A DNA stretch of 64,000 bases from assembly GCA_051013385.1 (NCBI GenBank), contig CP143273.1, forward strand, positions 704,001 to 768,000, in the 5' to 3' direction. Position numbers and translations under genes: made by a program. This DNA is from Phormidium sp. GTDB lineage: Bacteria; Cyanobacteriota; Cyanobacteriia; Cyanobacteriales; Aerosakkonemataceae. This document shows, piece after piece, positions 43,718-53,814 of the stretch (within the stretch, counting starts at the first letter, position 1; every line of letters begins with the position of its first letter). Below the pieces are notes generated by a model. That model saw nothing but the letters and a program-made list of their open reading frames with translations. It made no database searches and was not told the origin of the DNA.

Positions 43718-44845
43718 TTACTTATCTTTTTTTACAGCAGTATTCTCTAAAAGTAAATTTTCTCGATCGTCATCAAAAGGATTATTAAAAAACGAGCCCG
43801 TTTGCGGTGGTAAATCAGGATCAAAAACAATTTCCGCGATACTTTTAATCACACCAGTGAGAGGAATTGCCAGAACTACACCTAAGAACCCACCAAATTT
43901 AGCTCCTAATAATAAAGCCATAAACAGAATTACTGGCGAAAACCCAGTTAAACCTCCCATTAATCTGGGGGAAACTAAATTATCTTTAATTTGTTGAATT
44001 ATAACTGAAGTTCCTAAAACTTGCAGTGCTAACCACCAATCAATAAACGCTACTATGATTACTACCGTACCAATTCCTAAAGTTGCACCCACAAAAGGAA
44101 TCACTTCCATTAAGCCAATAAAAACGGCAAATAACAGAAAAAATGGTACTCTTAGTAACCAAAAAGCAAAACTTAACATTACTGCCATAAATACGCCTAA
44201 AAGTAACTGACCCGAAATGAACTTTTGCAGATTTTTTTGTAGTGATTCAGTCAATACTTGGCGAACTATAGGTGATAAAAAGCTGGTGATTCCTCCCCAA
44301 ACTCTTTCGCCATCAACTAGCATATAAAAGGAGATTACCACAATGAATATTAAGTCGAGAAACCAGTTAAATGTGCCAACTACTAAACCTAAACCTTTAC
44401 TGGCGATTACTTCGGCTTGAGCTTGCACTCTCGATAATAATTGAGAAGCTACAATTCGGACATCAAATGGCAAATTATGATCGAGACTCCAAACTTGGAA
44501 ATTGTCTAATTGTTGTCGTCCAGATTGTACCAACGAAGGTAAATTAGTGACTAATTGTATTCCTTGATTAAATACGGGTGGTACTACCGTAAGTCCGATA
44601 AAAGTAATGGCAACAATTGCGGTTAAATAAACTAAGGCTATGGCTAAAATTCTGGGTAAAAATCGTTGTAAAACTTTCACCGGGTAGTTGAATAAAAATG
44701 CCAGCAGTGCAGCTGTCAGGAAAACACTGACTAATTCTCCGACATAACCAATTGTTACTAAAGTTGCCCAAATAGCTGCTAATACTAGCAGCCACGTTAT
44801 CATAAACTTCTGTACAGGTGAGAAAATTGAATCCTCTTTGTTCAT
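43718..44845 (-). CDS. AI-2E family transporter
   Basis: Multi-TM protein; IPFVGA, QQIKDNLVSPRLMG, GFLGVVLAIP. Confidence 0.88.
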   Translation of the reverse strand: MNKEDSIFSPVQKFMITWLLVLAAIWATLVTIGYVGELVSVFLTAALLAFLFNYPVKVLQRFLPRILAIALVYLTAIVAITFIGLTVVPPVFNQGIQLVTNLPSLVQSGRQQLDNFQVWSLDHNLPFDVRIVASQLLSRVQAQAEVIASKGLGLVVGTFNWFLDLIFIVVISFYMLVDGERVWGGITSFLSPIVRQVLTESLQKNLQKFISGQLLLGVFMAVMLSFAFWLLRVPFFLLFAVFIGLMEVIPFVGATLGIGTVVIIVAFIDWWLALQVLGTSVIIQQIKDNLVSPRLMGGLTGFSPVILFMALLLGAKFGGFLGVVLAIPLTGVIKSIAEIVFDPDLPPQTGSFFNNPFDDDRENLLLENTAVKKDK

Positions 44846-44879
44846 GGGTAGTTGATTATTAAACGTTGGTAATTATATC

Positions 44880-46142
44880 TTAATTATGGCGATCGACAAA
44901 CTGAATTACTCCCCATTGTCCGTTAGTTAGCCATTGGGTATCCCGTTGCGGAAGTTGCTCTAATTGTTCGGTTGATAAACCTGTCGCTAATTCGGATTTT
45001 AATGTGCGAAGTGCGACAAAAGGTGCGGGGAAGTAAGATGTTATACTTTGGTAAGGAGTGGTATATTCCCAGTGGCGATCGCCAATTGTCCGCCGATAAT
45101 TAGCATCACCTTTAACTATAATTAAATTAGAATTGCTTAATTCTTGATACAATGATTCTGGCATTTCCCAAAAAGCTAAGGGCGATGTCCAAAAGAAATT
45201 TTCTTGACAGAGTAACCGCCCAGCATCTAAATAATCTTGTAAGCGCAAACCTAATTCTTTAACATTTAAGTCGGTGGCTTGAGTGAGAAATGCGATCGTG
45301 TATAAAACATCTTTACTCATCGCATCGGAAACAAAAATCGGATGAGCTTTTAAATGTAAATGAACTACCGCAGCAGCATGACTCGCTAGCAGGTAATCTG
45401 CCAAACAAAGATCGCCAATTAACTCAAAACCTGCATTATCAACAATAAAATCAACTCTTAAATTCTGAAAGTTAACAACTTTTTGGGCAATAATTGGTGT
45501 ATCATCTACTAATATATAAGATTGTTCGCGGGTTGATTCTACGCGACTAATTCCCCCTTCCATAATGGGCCATAAACTTAAATCTACTCGATTTCCCCAC
45601 AAATCAGCAGATAAAAGTTGCCGGAAAGAATTTTTCTTAGTTTCGCTATCTGTGGGGGAAGCGATCGCACTTTTCACAAATCCACTTAAAGCCCCAATTG
45701 CATCGATCGTTGTTTCTAAACCCAAACGTTTTTGCTTCTCGTAAGGATCGACATTGTGAAAAGAACCTACTTGGAAATAAGTTGTTGCTTCTAAAATTCG
45801 TCGATAAAAATATGCCTCAGCAAAATACCAAGGAACATCTAACCAATTACTGCCTTTGTATGGTTCAATATAACCCCCCCAAGCTGCCAAATCAGGAGCA
45901 TCAGCATCTTGTAAATCCCGAATCTCACCATTAGGTATTTCTCCAATTAAAGCTGCTAAATTTTGCTCAATTGATGAAGGAAAATCATTTTCAGCAATTA
46001 CTCGTTGGGCAATTTCTGGTAGCCGTACAGTAACCGTAAAATAAGCAAAAGATCCAATTTCTGCACCCTTAATCGCAGGTGGAATAGGAAGAGAAGGTCT
46101 TAATTTCTGAATCTCATTCGATGCCATTGCAACCACACTCAT
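44880..46142 (-). CDS. Damage-control phosphatase ARMT1/DUF89 family
   Basis: EAYFYRR, LWGNRVDLS, VDNAGFE, KGDANYRR, LRTLKS. Confidence 0.9.
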   Translation of the reverse strand: MSVVAMASNEIQKLRPSLPIPPAIKGAEIGSFAYFTVTVRLPEIAQRVIAENDFPSSIEQNLAALIGEIPNGEIRDLQDADAPDLAAWGGYIEPYKGSNWLDVPWYFAEAYFYRRILEATTYFQVGSFHNVDPYEKQKRLGLETTIDAIGALSGFVKSAIASPTDSETKKNSFRQLLSADLWGNRVDLSLWPIMEGGISRVESTREQSYILVDDTPIIAQKVVNFQNLRVDFIVDNAGFELIGDLCLADYLLASHAAAVVHLHLKAHPIFVSDAMSKDVLYTIAFLTQATDLNVKELGLRLQDYLDAGRLLCQENFFWTSPLAFWEMPESLYQELSNSNLIIVKGDANYRRTIGDRHWEYTTPYQSITSYFPAPFVALRTLKSELATGLSTEQLEQLPQRDTQWLTNGQWGVIQFVDRHN

Positions 46143-46308
46143 CCGAATTTAGATTAGACATCTCCAGAAATTAAAGGTGCGTTACCACCGAACCCTTGTA
46201 GAGACGTTGTATACAACGTCTCTACTTTCAAAGGAGATGTCTATTGTAGATTTTAGATCTTAGATTGATTCCCCAGATAAATCTACTTGCTCAAGCTTAG
46301 GTCATCAG

Positions 46309-46358
46309 TGGTAGAATGAAAGATCCTTGCTGCTGGAGGCTGTTGCCAAAAGCGGCCT
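46309..46358 (+). promoter_or_regulatory. rpsF extended -10 (TGgTAGAAT) and leader hairpin
   Basis: TAGAAT at 46312-46317; stem AGGCTGTT(46337-46344)/AGCGGCCT(46351-46358) with G-U pairs. Confidence 0.45.
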
Positions 46359-46380
46359 TGTTGTCCAAAAGGGGAGAACT

Positions 46381-46722
46381 ATGAATAGCTACGAAACAAT
46401 GTATATTTTGCGTCCTGATTTATTAGATGAGCAAGTAAATCAGGCAGTAGAAAAGTATCAGAGTATGCTGCGAGATCAAGGTGCTCAAGATCTCACCGTT
46501 CAACTGCGTGGTAAACACCGTTTAGCCTACGAAATTAACAGACAACGCGATGGTATCTATGTGCAAATGAATTACCAAGCTAAAGGTAATGTCGTTGCTC
46601 CCCTAGAAAGAGCGATGCGCTTGAGTGAAGAAGTGATTCGTTACTTGACAATTAAGCTGGAAGAGGTTTCGGTTAAAGCTGATGCCGATGCGGAAGAAGA
46701 ACCCGCAGAAGCTACTGCTTAA
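46381..46722 (+). CDS. rpsF: 30S ribosomal protein S6
   Basis: [26 protein letters not shown] 46381 after GGAGA RBS. Confidence 0.96.
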   Translation: MNSYETMYILRPDLLDEQVNQAVEKYQSMLRDQGAQDLTVQLRGKHRLAYEINRQRDGIYVQMNYQAKGNVVAPLERAMRLSEEVIRYLTIKLEEVSVKADADAEEEPAEATA

Positions 46723-46946
46723 ATTTTAATCTGTAGAGACGTTTCATGAAACGTCTCTACAGGTATGTTGTTGCGCTGTCTTCGCTGTTATTTCCGCAGG
46801 GGTAAGAGCGAAGACAGCGCAACAACGTACCTGCAATTCAAGAATTTTAACTACACTCTGCCCTTCCTCTAATAAGCATGATAAAATGTCGCTTGCACGT
46901 ACTATAACGGCAAGTTGGCGAAATCTTCGAGGAGTTGTGAGCCATT

Positions 46947-47498
46947 GTGAGCCAAATCGACACCCCCTTTCAATCCCTGCAATCAGAAGTTTCTCATCTT
47001 CGTGAGGAATTGCAGCTGCGAGATCAACTAGTTCAACAGTTGTCTCAAGAACTATTCCGGTTAGTCAAGGGAAATACGACTTTCCTACCCGCACCGGAAT
47101 TGTCGCAACAGCATCAAGCTCAGATGCAGGCTATGCAAGAGCAACTGCAAGGGGTAGAACAACAAGTTAAGTTCTACCAAGAGCAGATTTCCGATCGCGA
47201 TGCCGAAATCTATCACCTGCGTCAGTCTGTTCAAGAATTAACCGATCGCAGTCGAATGCTTGAACAGGTAGTACAGGAATTACCGCAAATTTATCGTCAG
47301 AAATTTACCGAACGCCTTGCGCCAATTAAAGAAAAAGTCGCAATGCTACAACGGGAAAATCGTCAACTTCATGCAGAATTGCAAAGTCTAACTTATCGTT
47401 TGGCAATTAAAAGTCGTAGCTCAAATGCCAGACTTGATTTACCAAGCTTCCCCAAAGTGGGAGGTAGTAGAGTTAGTCTTCCTTTTAGTAATGCTTGA
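46947..47498 (+). CDS. Conserved cyanobacterial coiled-coil protein (Npun_F5560-like)
   Basis: LRDQLVQQLSQELFRLVKGN, QELPQIYRQKF. Confidence 0.75.
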   Translation: MSQIDTPFQSLQSEVSHLREELQLRDQLVQQLSQELFRLVKGNTTFLPAPELSQQHQAQMQAMQEQLQGVEQQVKFYQEQISDRDAEIYHLRQSVQELTDRSRMLEQVVQELPQIYRQKFTERLAPIKEKVAMLQRENRQLHAELQSLTYRLAIKSRSSNARLDLPSFPKVGGSRVSLPFSNA

Positions 47499-47661
47499 AG
47501 TTTGGATCGTAGTTGATGGGGAGATGAATGCTACTGGCGAATTAATTGCTGCATCTCCCGCAACTGCAACAATGGTAGAGGCTTTGCGAAAAGCAATTGC
47601 ACAAACCCCCGATTTATTTACCTGCCATTGGTGTTGCTTAACCAATCAACCAATTATTGAT
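47491..47661 (+). pseudogene. Hypothetical gene interrupted by the IS605-family element
   Basis: ATG 47491 overlaps the upstream stop; the frame runs into TTGAT and the IS left end. Confidence 0.4.
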
Positions 47662-47762
47662 TTAACTATCTTAAATGTCGCAAGAGGACTCCCGTGGAGA
47701 GCGCAGCTTAACGGTGAGATGAATTGCGACCAGCGTTCCTCAGACTGAGCGCAAGCGTTTCC

Positions 47763-48281
47763 TTATAATTCAGATTGATTCTCAACATAACGCTTTAAGT
47801 GTTCAACGGTAACGCCGCCACAGCTGGCAACAAAATAAGGCTATTGGTAATCGAGCGGGACATTTTGGTGGGGAAAGGGAACAGGGAACAGGGAACAGGG
47901 AACAGGGAACAAACTTGTCCCGGCTTAGGTTGGTAGCCCAAAATAAGCACCAGTCCAGAAGTGAGGCTTACCGTAAAAATATTCTTTAGAAAGTTCGGGG
48001 AACTCTTTGCGAATTAGCCGACTACTAACCGTCTTCAGATTGCCAATTAAAGTTGATAAAGGCTTGTCCGGTTTGTAATCAATTAACAAATGAATATGCT
48101 CTGCCTCTCCATTAAATTCTACCAATTGAGCATCCCACTTATTCAGGGTTTCAATGAATATCTCCTTGAGCCTAGATCGGATTACTTTATCAATAGCCTT
48201 CTTCCGGTATTTTACTACCAGAATGATATGAGCATTAAGCCTGTAAACAGACCTAAATCCGTGATGGTACATGATTGACAT
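47763..48281 (-). pseudogene. tnpA: Y1 HUH transposase TnpA interrupted by a MITE
   Basis: HIILVVKYR, EHIHLL, FWTGAYF; the frame resumes VASCGGVTVEHLKRYVENQSEL* after removing 47839-47938 and one TSD copy. Confidence 0.9.
47839..47938. mobile_element. 100-bp MITE, ISL3-like
   Basis: 8-bp TSD CAAAATAA (47831-47838 and 47939-47946), GGCTA...TAGCC termini, internal CGGGACA inverted motif, (GGGAACA)n core. Confidence 0.85.
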
Positions 48282-48329
48282 ACAATTGCGTTAAACACTA
48301 TAATATTACCATTGAGCTTCATCAAGTAA

Positions 48330-49544
48330 ATGCTAACTGCGTTGAAGGTAAGAATATATCCGAATAAAGAACAGCAAATAGCCTTGGCGAAAAACTTTGG
48401 CTGTTGCCGCTTTGTTCGTAACTATTACCTCAACAAATCCAATGCTCAATACCAAGAAACAGGGAAGGGGATGAGTTATTGCGATATGGCAAAAGACTTA
48501 ACCCAACTCAAAAAACAACCTGAGCATTCTTGGTTAAAGGAAGCAACAGCTACTACGTTGCAGCAATCGTTAATGGATCTGGGAACTGCATTCACCAACT
48601 TCTTTGAAGTCAGGGCGAAATTCCCTAATTTCAAAAGCAAGCATGATCAGCAATCCCTGAGATATCCTGAAAGCTGCTCGATTCGGAAGAAAGATATCAA
48701 ACTTCCCAAAATAGGCGCTGTCAAAGCAACAATTTCTAGAAAGATTGATGGCAAGATTAAGTCTGTGACTGTCAGCAAGACAAGTACAGATAAATATTAC
48801 GCATCAATCTTATTTGAGGTTGCTGACGACCCAAAAGAAAAAGACGGGAAGATATCTGGAATCGATTTGGGATTAAATAGTTTGGTGACAGTGTTTGATG
48901 GAGAAACAACCTATAAAGTTGACCCAGTTAAAACTACCAAGAAATATGCTAAACGCCTAAGACGTAGACAGCAAGCTTTATCTCGTAAAAATATTGGTTC
49001 CAGCAATCGTAGAAAACAAATTAAAAGGGTAGCCAGAGTCCATGAAAAGATAGCAAATACAAGACTTGACTTCCTCCATAAACTCTCTCGTAAATTAGTT
49101 GACGAAAACCAAGTCATTGTAGTGGAAGACCTTTGTGTTAAAGGGATGGCGCGTACCAAGATGGCAAAATCGGTCTTAGATGCTGGTTTTGGAATGTTGG
49201 TAAACTTCCTAGACTACAAGTTGAAAAGAGATGGAGAGAAGCTTGTAGAAGTTGACAGATTCTTTCCCAGTACAAAGCTTTGTAATTGCTGCAAATACAA
49301 GAATAATTCACTCACTTTAAAAGACAGAGAATGGACTTGTCCGAAGTGTGGAACTCATCACGATAGAGATGAAAATGCAGCGAGAAATATCAGGGAAGAA
49401 GGGGTGCGAATACTGTCAACAAATACGGTAGGACATACCGAATTTCAAGCTTGTGGAGAGGGTGTAAGACTCACTGGCAAAAGTAGAAATACTAATGCTA
49501 GAAAGCGACGCTCGATGAAACAAGAATCTCCCGCCACAGCGTAG
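48330..49544 (+). CDS. tnpB: RNA-guided endonuclease TnpB
   Basis: N-terminal HTH, RuvC GIDLG, VVEDL, DRDENAA; CNCC/CPKC Zn finger. Confidence 0.93.
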   Translation: MLTALKVRIYPNKEQQIALAKNFGCCRFVRNYYLNKSNAQYQETGKGMSYCDMAKDLTQLKKQPEHSWLKEATATTLQQSLMDLGTAFTNFFEVRAKFPNFKSKHDQQSLRYPESCSIRKKDIKLPKIGAVKATISRKIDGKIKSVTVSKTSTDKYYASILFEVADDPKEKDGKISGIDLGLNSLVTVFDGETTYKVDPVKTTKKYAKRLRRRQQALSRKNIGSSNRRKQIKRVARVHEKIANTRLDFLHKLSRKLVDENQVIVVEDLCVKGMARTKMAKSVLDAGFGMLVNFLDYKLKRDGEKLVEVDRFFPSTKLCNCCKYKNNSLTLKDREWTCPKCGTHHDRDENAARNIREEGVRILSTNTVGHTEFQACGEGVRLTGKSRNTNARKRRSMKQESPATA

Positions 49545-49586
49545 CGCAGTGCGGTGAGAGTGTCAAAGCGCCAAGTTAATTCGATT
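49420..49586 (+). ncRNA. Putative TnpB omega/reRNA with flank-derived guide
   Basis: Expected position overlapping the tnpB 3' end and right end; guide would begin AGCGCCAAGTTAATTC at 49567; boundaries approximate. Confidence 0.5.
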
Positions 49587-49724
49587 TTTATGGCAGGCAA
49601 GATGCCCGCCCTACAATCCAATAAAATCGAAAATCTAAAATCCAAAATCCAAAATCGATTGACACTATTGTAGAAACTAAGCCAAGATCAGGATGAGTGT
49701 TAACCTTTGTTAAGGCTGTAGCAG

Positions 49725-50345
49725 ATGTCATTAGAAATGGTTTCCCTGGAGAATATCCAGGAACTTGCGAGTCAATACGGCTACTGGGCAGTATTTATCG
49801 GAATTTTATTAGAAAATCTTGGAATTCCCTTGCCAGGTGAAACTATTACCCTGGCGGGAGGGTTTTTAGCTGGTAGCGGGGAACTGAATTACTGGTTTGT
49901 TTTAGGTAGTGCGATCGCAGGCGCAGTTTTGGGCGGTAACTTTGGTTATTTAATTGGTAGATACGGCGGTTGGGCTTTACTTTTGACTATAGGAAAAATT
50001 CTCCGCATTAAGGAAGAAAAACTGGTAGAACTCAAGCAGCAATTTAGCGAAAACGCCGGGAAAACCGTTTTTATTGGTAGATTCATTGCTTTATTGCGGA
50101 TTTTCGCCAGCCCCTTAGCTGGTATAGTCGAAATGCCGTATCTGAGATTTATGGCTTATAACATCGCTGGCGCAACAGCTTGGGGCGCAGTTATGGTCAG
50201 CCTATCCTTTTTCGCCGGAAAAGTTGTACCCCTGGAACAATTAGTAGCTTGGGCAGCCCAATTTGCAGTCTTAGCATTATTAATAGTAGCGGCTTGGATT
50301 TTCGTTCCCTTCTTCTTGGAACTACGCCAAACCAAAGAATCATAA
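49725..50345 (+). CDS. DedA family membrane protein
   Basis: LENLGIPLPGE, GRFIALLR. Confidence 0.9.
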   Translation: MSLEMVSLENIQELASQYGYWAVFIGILLENLGIPLPGETITLAGGFLAGSGELNYWFVLGSAIAGAVLGGNFGYLIGRYGGWALLLTIGKILRIKEEKLVELKQQFSENAGKTVFIGRFIALLRIFASPLAGIVEMPYLRFMAYNIAGATAWGAVMVSLSFFAGKVVPLEQLVAWAAQFAVLALLIVAAWIFVPFFLELRQTKES

Positions 50346-51036
50346 ATTGAATAGCATCAACAAACTTAGAGAGTGGAAAAATACTTGATCCTCTCTCTAT
50401 TTTTTTGCCTGTTTATTGTCATGATATTAATGCTGAAACTAAATTACTTGTAATAAAAATATTGAGCCTCCCTGAAATTTGACCTAGAATCCATGCAGAA
50501 GGACTAAAGTCCTCACAACCGTTCGTAGTAGCGACTTCAGTCGTAAACTCCGTTCGTAGTAGCGACTTTAGTCGTAAATTCGCCCCAGAGAAGGACTGAA
50601 GTCCTCACAACAAACCTAGATGTGCATAGATAAAAATCAATGATTATCCTTAAAAAAACCGATTTGTCTCTAGCTTATAAGCATGGCAGAATATGTTCAG
50701 GGTTGAGAAATACCTCTACTTTCAATAATTTCATAAAAATTAGTTCGGTAAAACCAGCAAGACTTATTACTTGCTAGGCATTATTTGTGGGATTGCTGCT
50801 TATGCACATCAGCGAATTGGCAATCCTAAATAATGCTATTTTTAGGTACTACTGAACTGCTAATAAGTAAAGTCGTCATCGTTTCTTAATAAGGAAACGA
50901 TGGATTTTTTGCTGTCCATAAAAAGTCTAAAACCCAGTTAAATAAGTAATTTATATAAACTGAATAAAGCAATTTTGTATCAGGAAAATTATGGGGTTTC
51001 AATCAAAAAAAATAATTTTAGATTTATTTAATACCG

Positions 51037-51045
51037 TGCTATAGT
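51037..51045 (+). promoter_or_regulatory. Candidate extended -10 for the cmp operon
   Basis: TGcTATAGT preceded by AT-rich LysR-like T-N11-A boxes. Confidence 0.35.
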
Positions 51046-51303
51046 GAGTTCAACACAAATTCAACGATCTAAATAAAGGGGTTCACCGTAAACACAAATA
51101 ACGAATAAGTTAGCAAAAACGTCTAAATATTTTAGACGTAATAAAAGAAAAACTTTTTCGTAACTTATAAGCAACGGTATCTCCTTGAAAGAATCAAAAC
51201 GATTCTTTAGCCAACAGAGAACATAGCGTTTTCTGGAAGATTGTTACGAGTTTAAACAAGATTTTGCCAACCCAAAATTAAAGCTTTGCTGCTGGAGGAT
51301 GTT

Positions 51304-52716
51304 ATGGATCAGTTTTCTAGTCGGGTTTCTAGACGTAAATTTTTACTAACTGCTGGTGCTACTGCTGCTAGTTCCCTTTTACTTAAAGGTTGTTTAGGAA
51401 ACCCTCCAGAAAATCTGACTCAAGGGGGTAATACAGCGCCAGCAAATACCGCAGTAAATACAGCAACAAGTACAACAGGAAATACAGCTGTTCCTGTAGT
51501 TAATGTTAATCCTGGTGCAGCCCCTGAAACAACTCGCGTAAAGCTGGGATATTTACCAATTGTTGAAGCTGCGCCGCTAATTATTGCCAAAGAAAAAGGG
51601 TTTTTTGCCCGTCATGGCTTGAGTGATGTAGAAATATCTAAACAAGCCAACTGGGGTGCTGCTAGAGATAACGCAGAAATCGGATCTCAAGGCGGTGGAG
51701 TTGATGGCGGACAGTGGCAAATGCCCATGCCTTATCTAATTAGCGAAGGTAAGATTACCAAAGGCAATGTCAAAATTCCCATGTATATTTTGTGTCAATT
51801 AAATACACATGGAAATGGGATTGCGATCGCAGAACAACACAGAGGAAAAGGCATTGACCTCAAGCTTTCTCAGGGCAAATCTTTAATGGGCGGCTTGAAA
51901 TCTAGCGGAAAAACTTTCACCGCCGCTTACACCTTTCCCCACGTAAACCAAGATTTTTGGATTCGCTACTGGGCTGCTGCTGCGGGTATCGATCCCGATG
52001 CAGAAATGAAATTATTAACAGTACCCGCAGCCCAAACAGTAGCTAACATGAAAACTGGCACAATGGATGCCTTTAGTACAGGCGATCCTTGGCCTTACAG
52101 AATTGTCGCTGATAAGATTGGTTTCCTAGCTGCTTTAACAGCGGAAATATGGAAAGGCCACCCCGAAGAATACTTAGCAATGAGAAAAGATTGGGTGGAC
52201 AAACATCCTAATGCTACCAAGGCAATCTTAAAAGCAATTATGGAAGCCCAGCAATGGTGCGATGACTTTAATAACCGTCCAGAAATGGCGCGTATTCTGT
52301 CGGCACGGCAATATTTTAATGTTGCTGAACAAGTTCTTTTAGAACCATTCATGGGCAAATACACTCTTGGTGATGGTCGCACAATTGATGATAAATCAAT
52401 GGCTGCTTTGTATTGGAAAGATGAGAAAGGTAGCGTATCTTATCCATACAAGAGTCATGACCTTTGGTTCTTAACAGAAAGTGTTCGTTGGGGCTTTTTA
52501 CCAATGGAGACTTTAGATAATGCCAAAGCGATGATCGATAAAGTCAATCGTGAAGACCTTTGGAGAGAAGCAGCTAAGGAGTTGAATATTGCTGCTGCTG
52601 ATATTCCCACTAGCACTTCTCGCGGTGTGGAAACATTTTTCGATGGTATTACCTTTGACCCAGAAAATCCCAAGGCTTACCTGCAAAGTTTGAAGATTAA
52701 AAAGGTCAATATTTAG
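51304..52716 (+). CDS. cmpA: Bicarbonate ABC transporter substrate-binding lipoprotein
   Basis: Tat/lipoprotein signal [15 protein letters not shown] typical of CmpA; clustered with ndhF3/cupA; ATG 51304 after GGAGG. Confidence 0.88.
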   Translation: MDQFSSRVSRRKFLLTAGATAASSLLLKGCLGNPPENLTQGGNTAPANTAVNTATSTTGNTAVPVVNVNPGAAPETTRVKLGYLPIVEAAPLIIAKEKGFFARHGLSDVEISKQANWGAARDNAEIGSQGGGVDGGQWQMPMPYLISEGKITKGNVKIPMYILCQLNTHGNGIAIAEQHRGKGIDLKLSQGKSLMGGLKSSGKTFTAAYTFPHVNQDFWIRYWAAAAGIDPDAEMKLLTVPAAQTVANMKTGTMDAFSTGDPWPYRIVADKIGFLAALTAEIWKGHPEEYLAMRKDWVDKHPNATKAILKAIMEAQQWCDDFNNRPEMARILSARQYFNVAEQVLLEPFMGKYTLGDGRTIDDKSMAALYWKDEKGSVSYPYKSHDLWFLTESVRWGFLPMETLDNAKAMIDKVNREDLWREAAKELNIAAADIPTSTSRGVETFFDGITFDPENPKAYLQSLKIKKVNI

Positions 52717-52890
52717 GTTTTTGGGAATGGGTAGAACTCAAGAAACCCGGTTTCTTGTTTTTATCTTCTAGATGAAAGAATGAAATTATGTTAAGAAACC
52801 GGGTTTCTGCTTGATTATCTGCCCATTAAAAGTTGTCCCACAAGTAAAACTGGAAAGTTTTTTCCACACAGTATAAGGAACCCTAGTACA

Positions 52891-53718
52891 ATGACGACAT
52901 TGCAAAGCAGAACCGCTAAAACAGCACAGAATCCCTGGATGGCTAAAATTGGAAAGATGTTGCCGGATATTATTCCTCCAGCGATCGCGCTCGCCATCCT
53001 GTTAGTAATTTGGCAACTCTTTTCTTTCCTTCCAGGCGTGACTCTCCCAGGCCCAATTAAAGTAGTACAAGATACTTGGATTTTAATTGGTTGGCCGTTC
53101 TACAGAAAAAGCGAAACAGACGTTGGGTTATTTTGGCAAATTTTAGCCAGCTTACAACGGGTAGCAATTGGTTACTTTTTCGCCGCAGTTGTGGGAATTG
53201 CTTTAGGCATTCTGGTTGGTACTAATCAAATGATGTCTAAAGCCTTAGACCCAATTTTCCAACTACTGCGAACAGTTCCACCTTTGGCTTGGGTGCCTAT
53301 TGCTTTGGCAGCATTACAAAAGAACGAACCCGCCGCATTGTTCGTAATTTTCATCACAGCGATTTGGCCGATTCTAATTAACACCGCAGTTGGTGTACGC
53401 CAAATTCCCCAAGACTATAACAACGTTGCCAAAGTGTTGCAACTGAACAAGAAAAAGTACTTCTTCAAGATTTTGATTCCCTCAGCTTTGCCTTACATCT
53501 TCACTGGATTGAGAATTGCGATCGGTCTAGCGTGGTTAGCAATTATCGCGGCTGAAATCGTCATGTCTGGTGTTGCTGGTATCGGCTTCTTCATCTGGGA
53601 TTCTTATCAAGCAAACAAAATCAGCGAAGTAATTTTGGCACTGGTTTACATCGGGGTTGTAGGCTTGCTACTTGACAAGTTAATGGCTTGGGTACAAACC
53701 AAGATTCTTCCTGAATAA
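52891..53718 (+). CDS. cmpB: Bicarbonate ABC transporter permease
   Basis: LRTVPPLAWVP, GLAWLAIIAAE. Confidence 0.87.
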   Translation: MTTLQSRTAKTAQNPWMAKIGKMLPDIIPPAIALAILLVIWQLFSFLPGVTLPGPIKVVQDTWILIGWPFYRKSETDVGLFWQILASLQRVAIGYFFAAVVGIALGILVGTNQMMSKALDPIFQLLRTVPPLAWVPIALAALQKNEPAALFVIFITAIWPILINTAVGVRQIPQDYNNVAKVLQLNKKKYFFKILIPSALPYIFTGLRIAIGLAWLAIIAAEIVMSGVAGIGFFIWDSYQANKISEVILALVYIGVVGLLLDKLMAWVQTKILPE

Positions 53719-53814
53719 AACTTGGTGTAATGGTGCGTTACGCTATCGCGAACGCACCCTACAAATCGCAAAGTACTTAGTACCAACTAGCAAAAAATTA
53801 CCCACCTAACCACT

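Larger units (their letters stand above)
47662..49566 (+). mobile_element. IS200/IS605-family element (divergent tnpA/tnpB)
   Basis: TTGAT at 47657-47661 as probable target motif, subterminal hairpins, right end ...GAGAGTGTCAA at 49566; left boundary is inferred. Confidence 0.8.

Noticed and set aside
46327..46339. TTGCTGCTGGAGG shared by the rpsF and cmpA (51286) upstream regions
   Set aside because: A 13-mer match is expected by chance in 64 kb and includes an SD-like GGAGG; the TTG starts in the ORF track are probably not real
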